Shown here one piece after another: positions 10,901 through 18,172 of a stretch of DNA of 20,000 bases (its first letter is position 1; each line of letters starts with the position of its first letter). A program made the translations under genes and the position numbers. The notes under the pieces were generated by a model. That model saw only the letters and a program-made list of their open reading frames with translations. It searched no databases and was not told the DNA's origin. Source of the DNA: an uncultured virus (IMG/VR IMGVR_UViG_3300042691_048340) (taxonomy: Duplodnaviria; Heunggongvirae; Uroviricota; Caudoviricetes); IMG/VR virus record IMGVR_UViG_3300042691_048340. One strand, written 5' to 3'.

Positions 10901-13900
10901 TTAGCCAAAGTAGTAGTCCCACTAGCCAAACCGGCTATGAGGACTCAAGTCGTCGCACAATAGAACCGGATGTAAGTAGAGATGAAAGTAGGGAAATTCT
11001 TAAGGAAGTAAATGAGGATGTGAAAAATAGTAGAGAAGAGCTAGTCAAGTTGATGTCAGACTTTACAAAAAGCTTAAGTGAACTTAGTAGCGGCTTAGAA
11101 GGGAACGCTAAAGTACTTGCTGAACTACGAACTACTTACCGTGACACGACGTCTACGCAACTACTGGCCAGTAGCTCTTCCGCTGATATGATACAACAGC
11201 TAAAAGCTCTTTCACAAAACCAACTTGAAGATATGGCTGCTGCCGCCGGCGTCGAAGTATCCAAACTAACGAGTGACTTACTTGGGCTTGTTGATATGAC
11301 AAAACAGTCTGAAAAGACCATGAGTGAGTTTAGGGAAAAGATGGGGGAAATAGCGGGAACAGAACCAAAATCAAAGAAACTCTCTGAGTTACATGACAAA
11401 ACTATTGGGGCGCTTAGTGAGTCTAGTATCAGTAAGTTACGTGAAAAACTGAGTGCTCAACAAACGGAAGTTTCTTCCTTAGCCTCTAAGCAGAAAAGCG
11501 TAAAGTCTGATGCCGAAAAGAGTATCGTGGAGCTAGTAGAAAGCAGTAGAGAGTCCAGCTTTCTTTACCTTAAGAGTCTCAAGAAACAACAAGGAGGTAA
11601 GCTGTCTAGTAAGTCGCAACGCGAACTTGAAGAGTATAACCACGAAGCTTATGCTACTCGTGTTGCTCAACTCGATAGTTTAAATAAAGCCACTCAAGCC
11701 TCTATTACAACACTAACCGCCGAAATTGCGGTTAAAGAGGCTGGTATCGCTGCTACTAAAGTTAGTATCTCAACACTTGAAAGTGTGGCAGCCACTTTCG
11801 CTGACACATCTGCAACTTCAGCAGAGTTGGCAACTTCACTTGCTAGTATGGATGACTCAACACTTAAGACGCTAGCGGATAGCTTAGGCGTAACTGTTGA
11901 GCAGTTTACCAGCAATACCGAAGAGTATATCAACCTTCTTAAGGCGCGAGAAGAGAGTGTTAAGTCAGTTCGCGACTCCTTACAAGAGTTTGCTAGCCCT
12001 GAAAAAACAGGAAAACAGCAAGTGCTAAATGAGTTAGGCTCAGTGTTTGCAGACTTAGGCCTGGCAGCTAAAGCAATGACGCTAGATACGAAAGAGGCTG
12101 CTAAAGCAATGCTATCAATGCCAGATGAGAAGCTCATTGCTTTCGCAGAACAGTACTCCTTAACTACCGACCAACTAAAAGAAAAAACAACAGCTTACTT
12201 CGGAGCTGTAAATGAGCTACAACAAGGCATGGATACATGGCGTGGCAAGATGGAGCAACTTGTTACAAGCGAGTCTGATGCTAGCTTAAGTACTAAGAAT
12301 TTGGCACAAAAAAGCCCATACTTAAGCGAGCTTACGCAAGGCATGGACTCTAAAGCTATGGCAAAAATGTTTAGTGGCTTGGATAGTGCCAAACTCGAAC
12401 AACTAGCCGCAAAGTATGGTGTCAGCCTCGAAAAATTTGAGGCTGACACGGAGCTGTGGGTAAGTAGTACAAAGGCTATAGAAGAAGATACCAAGGCTGC
12501 GGCGCAAAGCTTTATAGGCTTTAGGGACAGCCTGCTACTAACGAGTGGCTCACTGACTGAAAATGAGATAACTTTAAGGAACTTGGCTACCAAGTATCCA
12601 ATGTTGTCCTCTACCATCAACGACTTTTCCCTTACTGCCAAGGAAGCCGCTGAACGCTTCAATGCCTTATCGGATGACGAGCTAAAAGCACTTGCCTCGT
12701 CACTGAAAGTAGACTTAGACACGCTCAAAACCGATGCTGGAACATGGTTGGGAGTGGTGAAGAGTCAAGACGAAATGTTAAAGGAAAACACCAAGTCTAT
12801 TAAAGACTTTCAAGCTAGTATGCGTAAAACGGCTGAGGTTGCTAGTGAGTCTAGCATAACACTGGAGGAGTTGACTGCTAAGTACCCAGAACTGTCCTTA
12901 ACTATCAACAACTCATCACAGACAGCCAAGGAAGCCGCAAGCCGCTTTGCAAGCATGGATATAGACTCTCTTATGAGTCAGTTAAGTGTTTCCCCAGAAA
13001 AACGCTCTGAGTTTTTAGCCGATGCCCAAGCCTGGGTCGGAGCTTTAGCCGCCAACGACGAGGCAATCAAAACCAATAAGGAGGCAATGTCAAGTTATAC
13101 GGATACCATGTTAAAGGCAACGGGAACGTATGGGGAGAATGATATTGCGCTTAAAAATCTGACCGCCGCTTACCCGCTTATGGCAAGCACGATAAACGAC
13201 TCGTCCATAACTGCTAAAAATGCAGCTACTTACTTTGCTAGTTTGAGTGACACAGAATTTGACTTGCTAGCCAAGTCGCTGAACAAGAGCACAGAAGAAC
13301 TGCGCACAAATAGCACCGAGTGGGTGACTGCTATGGCTGCCAACGAAGAGTTATTTAACACGTTTCATGGGAAGATGCTAAAGCTCAAAGAAGGCATGAG
13401 TGACAACGCCGCCGTACTAGAGGAACTTAAAGCAAAGTATCCTGCTTTAGCTGTCTCCTTGTCAAAAACGGGAGTAACCGCCCAAGAAGTTAGTAACTAC
13501 TTTGAAAGTATGAATATGCAGCAAGTTTCTGACTTGGCCAAGTCTCTACATGTTAGTACGGAGACACTAGTAGCCGATGTAGATAGTTACATAGGCGTGT
13601 TGAGTGCCCAAACCGAGGAGTTAAAGGCTCAAACTGAAAAACTCTCCTCTTTCAAAGAAGAAATGTCTAAGTTTGGTATCACAGCCTCAGAAGCGGAGTT
13701 GGCTACGAGTAAGCTTTCTGAGCAGTTCCCAGAGTTGCTTGTAAGTATGCAGTCGCTTGGTGGTAACTCTAAGGAGGTAGCTGCTAAACTAGCCAAACTA
13801 GACGACAAACAACTACTTAGTATGGCAACAGCTAGCAAAGTAAGTACGGATAAGTTTTTAGAGAGCGCTACTAGCTATGTTACTAGTCTCGCGGCGCAAG

Positions 13901-16900
13901 AAGAGGAAACGAAAGCCGCTATAAGTAGTGTGCAGGGGATGCAAGCTGAGTTTAAAAAACTTGCTAGTGGGGTAAGCGATGCTCAATATACTGTAGACAA
14001 CTTAACAGCCAAGTACCCACACTTACTCCAAAGTATGGGACTTACTGGAAAGTCGGCGGATGATGTAGCCAAAAAGCTAGCAGGCATGAGTCCTGAAAAG
14101 CTCGTAAACATCGCTAAAGGTCTGGGGGTTTCTACTGATACTTTTGTGGGGGAAATAACTGGCTATGTAAGCGCTCTGAAGACGTTAGGTGATGAGGCTA
14201 AAGCTATGACTGACTCTTTAAACTCCTTTAAAGGGGAGATGGATAAGCTGGGCTCGTCGCTTACTGACAACGAGTACACACTCAACAGTGTTACAAAGAG
14301 CTTTCCACAGCTTACGGCAAACCTGAGTAGCCTTGGTTCTACATCTCAAAGTATAGCAAAGTCTTTGGCTGGTATGAGTACTGGACAACTGAGTGCAATG
14401 GCTAAACAAGCGGGAGTGTCAGTTGACGAGTTTACTAGTAACAGTAAGGCTTACATCGATGCTATGAAAGTAAGGGAGGAAAGCATCAAACAAAGTCAGG
14501 AACAGGCGCTACAGGACGCTAAGGAAAACCAGGATAAGTTGATGCAAACAATCGATAACTACTTCACTACTTTCACTCAACTAAGCGATAAGCTTGCTGG
14601 TGTTTCAAACAACTTAGCTAAGGACATATCCGCTTATGATACTGAAGAACAAAAGCTAGAAAAGCGTCGTAACCGCATGTCAGAACTAGAGTCTAGTATC
14701 AACTCGCTTAACTCCTTTGGACTCGATAACGAGAAGGCAGTATCTAAGACTATCGAGGACTTAGATGAATATCGTGGCCTAATACTTGAGGAAACCGAGC
14801 AAAAGATAGAGTTAGTTAAAAAGGAGCAAGAAGCTGCCCAGAAGGCGCATGATGATACCATAGCCGCCTTGAAAGAAAGTCTCTCTAAAGTACAAGGAGT
14901 CATATCTTCTGTATCGAGTGACATTGAGCGGCTAAATGAGGAGTTAAAACAAGGTCAGTCTAAAACTACTGCTCGTGATACTTTGAAAACAACGTTCACG
15001 AAGTCGCTAACAGACTCAACTAAGACAACGAATGAAAGGATTGACTTAGCCTCTCAGTACCGGGAGGCTATAGGGAACGCACTTCAAGAACAGCTAACGG
15101 CTCTCGATAAGAGTAGAGATGAGGCAATTGCCAACCTCGAAAAAGAGCGTGACGCTAAGATCAAACACTTTGAGGAAGTGCAGGATGCCGCGAAAAAGCT
15201 CCAAGAGTCGGTGACTAAACTTAGAGAGTCGATAAGTTCGATGAGGCAGTCCATACAAGCTGATATGGAAAACTTGGCAAAGGATATGGGCTTACCAGGG
15301 ACAACAGCGACTGAAAAACTTATGGCACTGCAAAACCAAGTTAGTGCCAATATGCCAGCCAGTGAAGATAGTATTAAGAAACTAGAGACTTACAAAGCCC
15401 TCGTCATGGAGTCTCTTGCTGAACAAATTGATAAGGAAAACAAACGTTTTGAGGAAGTTAAAAAGACTCAAGACGCTCAACGTGAGCACTACAAAAAGCT
15501 TATTGACTTTTCCAAAGAGTTAAAAGGTTTTGTCGATAACTTAAAGCTCGGGGATATGAGCTACTATAACCCACAACGCCGCTTAGAAGAGGCGAAACGT
15601 CAATATACTCAAGTACTTGCGTTAGCTAAAAGTGGTGATGAACAAGCTATGAGCGAGGTTACGGGAAAAGCTCAGGCCTATTTAAAAGAAGCCCAAACTT
15701 TCTATGCATCATCGGATGACTACACGAAGATATTTGACGACATAAACGCAAGTATGGAGGGCATGAAGCTTACCGCCGAAAGTGAAGCAAAAAAGATTGC
15801 TCAAAACTTGCCTTTGGATGAAACAGAGACCGCAAAAAATATCGCCAGTATTGTTCCCTTACAGCAAGCGGCTATGGAAAAGCTAAAGTCTGTAGACGCT
15901 CTCTTGGCATCAATGGATACTACCCTACAGAACCCGAGTGCCTCACCCATGCCGGACGAGCAGTTTAACAGCATGTTAGACTCCGAAAAGCAAAACTTTG
16001 ATAAGCTCATCGAGGCTCAAAAACAGAGTAGTGTTGATACTGGAAACAAGCTTAGAGAAGCCGCCAAGTCCGAGCTACAAACGCTAAATAGCTCCCTACT
16101 AAACCTCCAAACCGGCTTAGAGGAAAGTAGTAGTGCCAAGTTCGATGATACCGTTTTTGCAAATCAAATCACCGGTTTGCAACAAGCGTCTGTACAACAA
16201 CTCATGGAGCTAGGCCAATATATCATCGCAATGGATGCGGGCGTGAAAGATAGTTTGAGTCAAAACGTAGGTGCGTTGATGAGCCAACTTTCTCCAGAAA
16301 ATCAAGAAAAAGTGGCAGTTCAACTCGATGAGGCTATGCAAAGAAATATCACGGGCCCACTCAGGGAACTTATAGCTGCCGTTAAGGGAGAAAAAGTCAA
16401 CTCGGAAATCAAGTCTAAAGAGAAAGGTTTTAGCAACAACCAGACCGCTATTGACAATGCCTTAACCGCCTTTGCATCTTTTCGCGAGTTTGCCACAAAA
16501 AACAGTCTCAACGCCTCCTTTGAAGAGGTAGTTGATAAGCTTATTCCCTACATCAACAACACGTCAACTAACATGGAGGGTATAGCTAACGTTATGCGGG
16601 AACAGTTTAAGGTTACCTCAACTGAAGGACTTGGTAGCGTGATAAATCAAGTACTAAAAGACCGCAAAGACACTGCTTGGGAAAGCTTTTGGCCTAACTT
16701 CAGGGATGGTTACTTACAAACAAACAAAGAGTTACTTACTGCTTTTCAGGCTAAGCAAGATGACAAAAAGGCCATAGACCTCGCCACGTATCGTGAGTTA
16801 AATCTAGCTATCACTGGGCTTACGACTGGACTATCACAGCTTGGTTCCGCTACAGTCAATAAAGGTCGTACGGAGGCGGAACTATACGGTGCTATAGATA

Positions 16901-18081
16901 AACGTCCGACACAAGAGTGGATGACTGCAAAAGGAGTAGGCGTTAACATAGAGACTTACGAAGGTTTTCTAAAAGCCAAGGAAACACTAGATGCCTTAAA
17001 GAAAAGCCTTCTTGGTATCACCAGTTTAAAGGGTGAACTAGATGGTTTTAATGTCAAGTTAGCTGACACGAAAACTAGTTTCCAAGCCATTCCCAAGCTA
17101 GATATAGCCACTAACATAGCCGCTACAGTGCCAGTAAAAACGGCCAGTATTCATGACTATGTTGCGCAACTATCTCCACTGTCAGCAAGTACTACCAACC
17201 CCACTGCTAAGCCTGCTAGTACCGGTATCACTATCGGGGGGAATGTATCGACTAGTGGTGCTAAAGACATCGTTGTTAAGCTAGATGACTTGTTTGTTCA
17301 GTGGAAAGACCTAGCCAAAACATACCGAGACGAAGATATAAAAAACAGTGAAAAGTTAGATAAAGAGGCTATGGAACGGACGCTTAAGTGGCGGGACGAG
17401 GAGGCTAAGGCCAACTTAGCTGCAACTGAGCTAAAAACTCAACGCTGGTTAGCGTGGAGGACTGAGGAGGCTCTTTGGCGAAAAGAGGATGTAGCCACGC
17501 TAGCTTCACGTGACACTACTGCGCTTGCATGGCGAGAAGAGGATAAAAGTACCCTTCTTGCATGGCGGGTTGAAGATATTGCTTTTCAACAACTAAAGGA
17601 GGAGTCAGAGAAGCTTTGGTTTGAAAACATGCTCACTGCTATAAAGTCGATCCAAGTAACTGTCACGTTACCGACAAGCGCGTTACCGACAAGCGAAGAC
17701 AGGAGTGACTCTGTTGCTGGACTGGAGAAAAACAAGCCTAGTTTTGACGTTGGCAGTTCCTATGTTGAAAAGGACATGGCAGCTAAAGTCCATAAGGGGG
17801 AGATCATAATTGACTCGCAGTCCGCCGGCATACTTAGAAACTACGGTATACGACTGCAAACTAGGAGCGAGCAAGAGGAAAAAGCTACTACTACTGCTAG
17901 TAGTAAGCGTGTCGAAGAACTCTTAGCCGCACTGTTAGTAGAGTTAAAGATAAGTAACAGAAATAGTGATACGAGGGAGGCGCGTATCGTAGAAGCGGTG
18001 AATAACATGGAAAACACCATTGCTGCGCCTGTTGTTTCGGCTATAAAAAAAGGACAACAACCGACCATCATGCGCAAGTAG
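1912..18081 (+). CDS. Giant phage tail tape measure protein (TP901-type core) with internal lytic transglycosylase-like and NlpC/P60-like domains
   Basis: 5389-aa Ala/Ser/Lys/Glu-rich helical protein. N-terminal TP901/PhageMin_Tail core: AEAGENLARAGF...DLEDSLKYIAPV...LADLGTKGSQAGTSLRQALLRL...IFGTE...DTLEGDL (~2430-3380). Hydrophobic segments at ~3500-4450. PKTRxE repeats at 9721 and 9967. Motif LKLGDMSYYNPQRRLEEAKRQY..AKSGD at ~15540. C-terminal PSFDVGSSYVEKDMAAKVHKGEIII at 17737. Confidence 0.92.
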   Translation: MSTDSTMVVSIKFIADTGDATKANNELIESLKSIAESIRGTANRAASASTAAVSGAKEATSAYKQTAEEVKKQGGLLSGIREKIAEVNKSLKEFGESIANKIKSLKDLALGFNALKEAASTFLDPLAEALEKVIDQGIEFSAQMQKIMTISFRGLDTLKAGPGMEATKDMKIDLDSFKLQMSDFYRELAVSRGRNADIVAEAGENLARAGFNAVENMKILPSLMDLTTASGAQLGQVSEVVANNMRALGYAASEAGKLTDMFAKTTFISNTKIHDLEDSLKYIAPVWRSAGHSTHELLGSLALLADLGTKGSQAGTSLRQALLRLAIEPKRTEQGMKALGVSIEELGAKDMEHLKHQLSDAAAAMKEIGVETETLGKDGKRQVKPFIDLMEEMEEKLSKMGTGYDKIGLIGRIFGTEPSSAMLDLIVNAKKVTTTDKQTGKSTTSSTLRSMIEQIDVAQKEHTSKNTALMMSDTLEGDLRRFKAASMDMGLTFYYAVEKMFRQITQTATSTVKGILVFLKTAGSGIADAFYPLIVAVQEAFGPLMDSLGDFFHKTPGKATMAFGSATEAAKFFGQVVGQLATLVLTPLIEGFKLVSVVLTPTVTAFVGVGKAIGETVGEVSMRFGQLTEAGSKLSGFSAFLQATRDSVGGFRDALNQSWAGLGDVLAAPFEFFTSGFEAGIISGLSNLGGAISDIVFGIITMALSPLKLAIPADWVDGAISGLNTLKSSLEPITPLLGGLAVAAGLAFLPLLNPLPVILAGMQGLKAWITSINASLTATSVSAGLASGALTKLQVAANLAGAAFAGWSVGTYLWNQFELVRVAGYEAVSVFLEGFENLKYATQVFTVSAAIYFSELRDSYSGVMTDIFSVSTVLLGNLNKGWLYMSSSFASVMQTMQGVWQSFVAYLYEKLASIVDKLAGLTGSVDFLPGMGDMSSKLQGFSMSLGIAATQAKAATLATVDYNEEYKKQVQSIDSAVESQLESIAASTKAGAANEQLAKSLATAADERERNIKLIKESRAELVKEAASPVTPQRPKAITYGSELDVYQHLPHHTESEGDINAKQLIADQKAKDMAAKKAVADARKEALREEKNEYRDHAKELTDIAQKQAESIKDAAKSQSDFIKQSAESQVESLKSLSERMKQAAKEAKEVADKLKKDYDELTKLRSELGASGLSEREKTVYAAHTSEQGTNYGAVIAQSKMLTSANQELTKAKEELTKATLSETDAKLFDLQLKYPDAIAAEIFQMQELAKQKKASVDLNKQLEGASLSSKQNEYVELMRKVGVEEASRYVRQKQLIDQQTELKSKAESYWSMASDKAAEYFEKFRSGQLSAKESLKGFFSDMAKEQQKAAMDTAKKQFLGLFGLDSGANKEAQVQKDLNKAASFLADSNKSVVNASKDASGTIAKAIVDAGERLSGVVSRLGTDVSKAFSDTKSLEVGADMISKHAESLKSAADKQAEAIRESADKQAEAIRDAAREQADALKQEARDVGHKGAPETTHTSGATSEVAKSSKELVSANQKYVKVTDEVASALEGAAKKFNYSLLELSRMASLESAFDANIKNFSGYMGLFQFKGAASKEVGISGKEYDPKAAAEGAIKYWEINKKILDKFSKDWRETAEKMNINEGLMAWMAHNQGAGGLSQVLKTLTTGVNQLSSDVTRNIKNNLVGGAGKELSGVALAERYMEGWIAKWNNLPLPSQFKDDFQSEVGKGVIELTAKASEESSKVVAKTMSSSPVDKGTILEDSTLDVLSETTNKYIQKGVSYELGAKNIELGKIDCSGWVNLLTKTAFENINKQTGQVVFDNSDMKLLQNSSHNIIQSIVDKTGVLLDSRKTSNFKGQLKEGMMIGLDKGDHGWDSGRVRAGSDVDRNIDHIVQVTVDKLSGKLGISESRSVRQNGEQRGGVTWTELDKWLSQNKKATMFATEPFKLAAKDIQKAFSEVSVAAKSQVGAIASQKQATAASTEAAKAQVTAQQELAEVEATLSATKLSTAASHEQAMAAVEAARRTSMTQDATAIAEHASSTQVAGKGIVLVAEQATNEVASVAQQAKEGVAQATTRCISESTTSEGGGVSKNTFGGILNFFKGGDDKGGGGFLSSITKGLSSFFKGGKEGGDKPSGVLSSIGTFLSGEGNLTGKLQKSLGGLLGGKGMSELTSSLSSLTGSMGSFGKGISTLLGGGSTPGMSALSSVTSLLAGDMAGAASGAAQLLGSMTPLGPLGGMIAGQLTSMLGIGAKWVREAEWVEVSMKGMSASFGKGYKEVKKGLLGGSKMGHESLDDASVKKLSDMLGETKKSIEAVSASLGMDKNGLLGKMENFRYHIAAMENKGSEWFDKAFEKMRVMMVKSAVDNIMIAGEDIKTNLGGGFKNTFKQVLDGTFNEVARAETWDGVLTKFVASADSAVKGGLQDDVSGKLGERLTDFVNASAEQIKTMPVDELQNVLTGEIGKIFTDITGVAIPESITGELASVFATRVQDAVKLAAGEDVAGKTVIKDTGEVNFYKTLKSMVASFEGTEQELSAFVGKMMETKDIFKQTGLSMGVFSESMVTSFGDMDRFSASLGFFKENFATVSTTNIEFANSLATLNASLKQVQLQALPGVNTAFPKTREEFFKLAQSVSELGKDGEATFSTLLKGGPQFASYYKAIEEFNQKFGSATGNSLKVQAKNTSELTQLLNDSFKNLGLEVPKTRKELFELVQGFDLTNNSQRKLHDSILELAPALDGLYINSEQVDKFRESMQSIYDTSGTTEKTLVNLSKEFPNLSLGAGVLTLNAKEAARQLASMSTSELMTWAENMGMVGLSIETITQKTSEYLGAVAELQDKMFSNINADSLGGDLMKVLTDANVGSAAEAGRMFAANFTNQFYNQLVGTVLNGVMQTVYEGIVSPFLSSSAQAALNMTEGGAMAGANLAQGGNISASSTAAGGSMAGTAMASGGMLAGDALAKIVSEAVDKVKMMGQIMNDPAMKEALNTLTGGLQTVGEAAFNATPQLRSEVRTDVSQSSSPTSQTGYEDSSRRTIEPDVSRDESREILKEVNEDVKNSREELVKLMSDFTKSLSELSSGLEGNAKVLAELRTTYRDTTSTQLLASSSSADMIQQLKALSQNQLEDMAAAAGVEVSKLTSDLLGLVDMTKQSEKTMSEFREKMGEIAGTEPKSKKLSELHDKTIGALSESSISKLREKLSAQQTEVSSLASKQKSVKSDAEKSIVELVESSRESSFLYLKSLKKQQGGKLSSKSQRELEEYNHEAYATRVAQLDSLNKATQASITTLTAEIAVKEAGIAATKVSISTLESVAATFADTSATSAELATSLASMDDSTLKTLADSLGVTVEQFTSNTEEYINLLKAREESVKSVRDSLQEFASPEKTGKQQVLNELGSVFADLGLAAKAMTLDTKEAAKAMLSMPDEKLIAFAEQYSLTTDQLKEKTTAYFGAVNELQQGMDTWRGKMEQLVTSESDASLSTKNLAQKSPYLSELTQGMDSKAMAKMFSGLDSAKLEQLAAKYGVSLEKFEADTELWVSSTKAIEEDTKAAAQSFIGFRDSLLLTSGSLTENEITLRNLATKYPMLSSTINDFSLTAKEAAERFNALSDDELKALASSLKVDLDTLKTDAGTWLGVVKSQDEMLKENTKSIKDFQASMRKTAEVASESSITLEELTAKYPELSLTINNSSQTAKEAASRFASMDIDSLMSQLSVSPEKRSEFLADAQAWVGALAANDEAIKTNKEAMSSYTDTMLKATGTYGENDIALKNLTAAYPLMASTINDSSITAKNAATYFASLSDTEFDLLAKSLNKSTEELRTNSTEWVTAMAANEELFNTFHGKMLKLKEGMSDNAAVLEELKAKYPALAVSLSKTGVTAQEVSNYFESMNMQQVSDLAKSLHVSTETLVADVDSYIGVLSAQTEELKAQTEKLSSFKEEMSKFGITASEAELATSKLSEQFPELLVSMQSLGGNSKEVAAKLAKLDDKQLLSMATASKVSTDKFLESATSYVTSLAAQEEETKAAISSVQGMQAEFKKLASGVSDAQYTVDNLTAKYPHLLQSMGLTGKSADDVAKKLAGMSPEKLVNIAKGLGVSTDTFVGEITGYVSALKTLGDEAKAMTDSLNSFKGEMDKLGSSLTDNEYTLNSVTKSFPQLTANLSSLGSTSQSIAKSLAGMSTGQLSAMAKQAGVSVDEFTSNSKAYIDAMKVREESIKQSQEQALQDAKENQDKLMQTIDNYFTTFTQLSDKLAGVSNNLAKDISAYDTEEQKLEKRRNRMSELESSINSLNSFGLDNEKAVSKTIEDLDEYRGLILEETEQKIELVKKEQEAAQKAHDDTIAALKESLSKVQGVISSVSSDIERLNEELKQGQSKTTARDTLKTTFTKSLTDSTKTTNERIDLASQYREAIGNALQEQLTALDKSRDEAIANLEKERDAKIKHFEEVQDAAKKLQESVTKLRESISSMRQSIQADMENLAKDMGLPGTTATEKLMALQNQVSANMPASEDSIKKLETYKALVMESLAEQIDKENKRFEEVKKTQDAQREHYKKLIDFSKELKGFVDNLKLGDMSYYNPQRRLEEAKRQYTQVLALAKSGDEQAMSEVTGKAQAYLKEAQTFYASSDDYTKIFDDINASMEGMKLTAESEAKKIAQNLPLDETETAKNIASIVPLQQAAMEKLKSVDALLASMDTTLQNPSASPMPDEQFNSMLDSEKQNFDKLIEAQKQSSVDTGNKLREAAKSELQTLNSSLLNLQTGLEESSSAKFDDTVFANQITGLQQASVQQLMELGQYIIAMDAGVKDSLSQNVGALMSQLSPENQEKVAVQLDEAMQRNITGPLRELIAAVKGEKVNSEIKSKEKGFSNNQTAIDNALTAFASFREFATKNSLNASFEEVVDKLIPYINNTSTNMEGIANVMREQFKVTSTEGLGSVINQVLKDRKDTAWESFWPNFRDGYLQTNKELLTAFQAKQDDKKAIDLATYRELNLAITGLTTGLSQLGSATVNKGRTEAELYGAIDKRPTQEWMTAKGVGVNIETYEGFLKAKETLDALKKSLLGITSLKGELDGFNVKLADTKTSFQAIPKLDIATNIAATVPVKTASIHDYVAQLSPLSASTTNPTAKPASTGITIGGNVSTSGAKDIVVKLDDLFVQWKDLAKTYRDEDIKNSEKLDKEAMERTLKWRDEEAKANLAATELKTQRWLAWRTEEALWRKEDVATLASRDTTALAWREEDKSTLLAWRVEDIAFQQLKEESEKLWFENMLTAIKSIQVTVTLPTSALPTSEDRSDSVAGLEKNKPSFDVGSSYVEKDMAAKVHKGEIIIDSQSAGILRNYGIRLQTRSEQEEKATTTASSKRVEELLAALLVELKISNRNSDTREARIVEAVNNMENTIAAPVVSAIKKGQQPTIMRK
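6256..6380 (+). repeat. 11-aa (33-nt) tandem repeat in the TMP
   Basis: AESLKSAADKQ AEAIRESADKQ AEAIRDAAREQ ADALKQEA. A related copy, AESIKDAAKSQ SDFIKQSAESQ, lies at ~5239-5310. Confidence 0.8.
6481..7000 (+). other. SLT/lysozyme-like lytic transglycosylase domain within the TMP
   Basis: ALEGAAKKFNYS..LSRMASLES (putative catalytic Glu, codon 6577, residue 1556), GYMGLFQF, YDPKAAAEGAIKY and AWMAHNQGAGG match the ES / GLxQ / A(Y/H)NxG motifs of the SLT family. Confidence 0.85.
7186..7660 (+). other. NlpC/P60-like (papain-fold) cysteine peptidase domain within the TMP
   Basis: YELGAK...IDCSGWV (Cys, codon 7252, residue 1781), LKEGMMI, IDHIVQV (His, codon 7537, residue 1876) and GISES (Glu, codon 7588) follow the NlpC/P60 YxxG..DCSG..H..E arrangement. 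Confidence 0.72.
11790..14480 (+). repeat. Tandem protein repeats of about 96 aa in the TMP
   Basis: Recurring unit L-x2-K-(Y/F)-P-x-L...AKEAA..(F/L)A.(M/L)...L..LA...(G)VS...F......(W/Y). Anchor codons lie at 12043, 12310, 12592, 12880, 13168, 13435, 13723, 14011 and 14299, with spacings of 267, 282, 288, 288, 267, 288, 288 and 288 nt. Confidence 0.85.
17666..17695 (+). repeat. Perfect 15-bp tandem duplication (in frame)
   Basis: cgttaccgacaagcg occurs twice in tandem and encodes LPTSA-LPTSE. Confidence 0.9.
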
Positions 18082-18172
18082 CACATGTCTAAGTTCCAAA
18101 GCACCAACTAGTAAAAACAAAAGGTTAGGAAAGGGGGTAAGGTACCAGGGGCTAGGATGCCTATGTCTATCG

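Noticed and set aside
1912..18081. Alternative identity as an adhesin, RTX/Rhs toxin or SMC-like protein
   Set aside because: There is no signal peptide, RTX/YD repeat, beta-rich repeat or Walker motif, while the TP901 core and TMP C-terminal motifs are clear.
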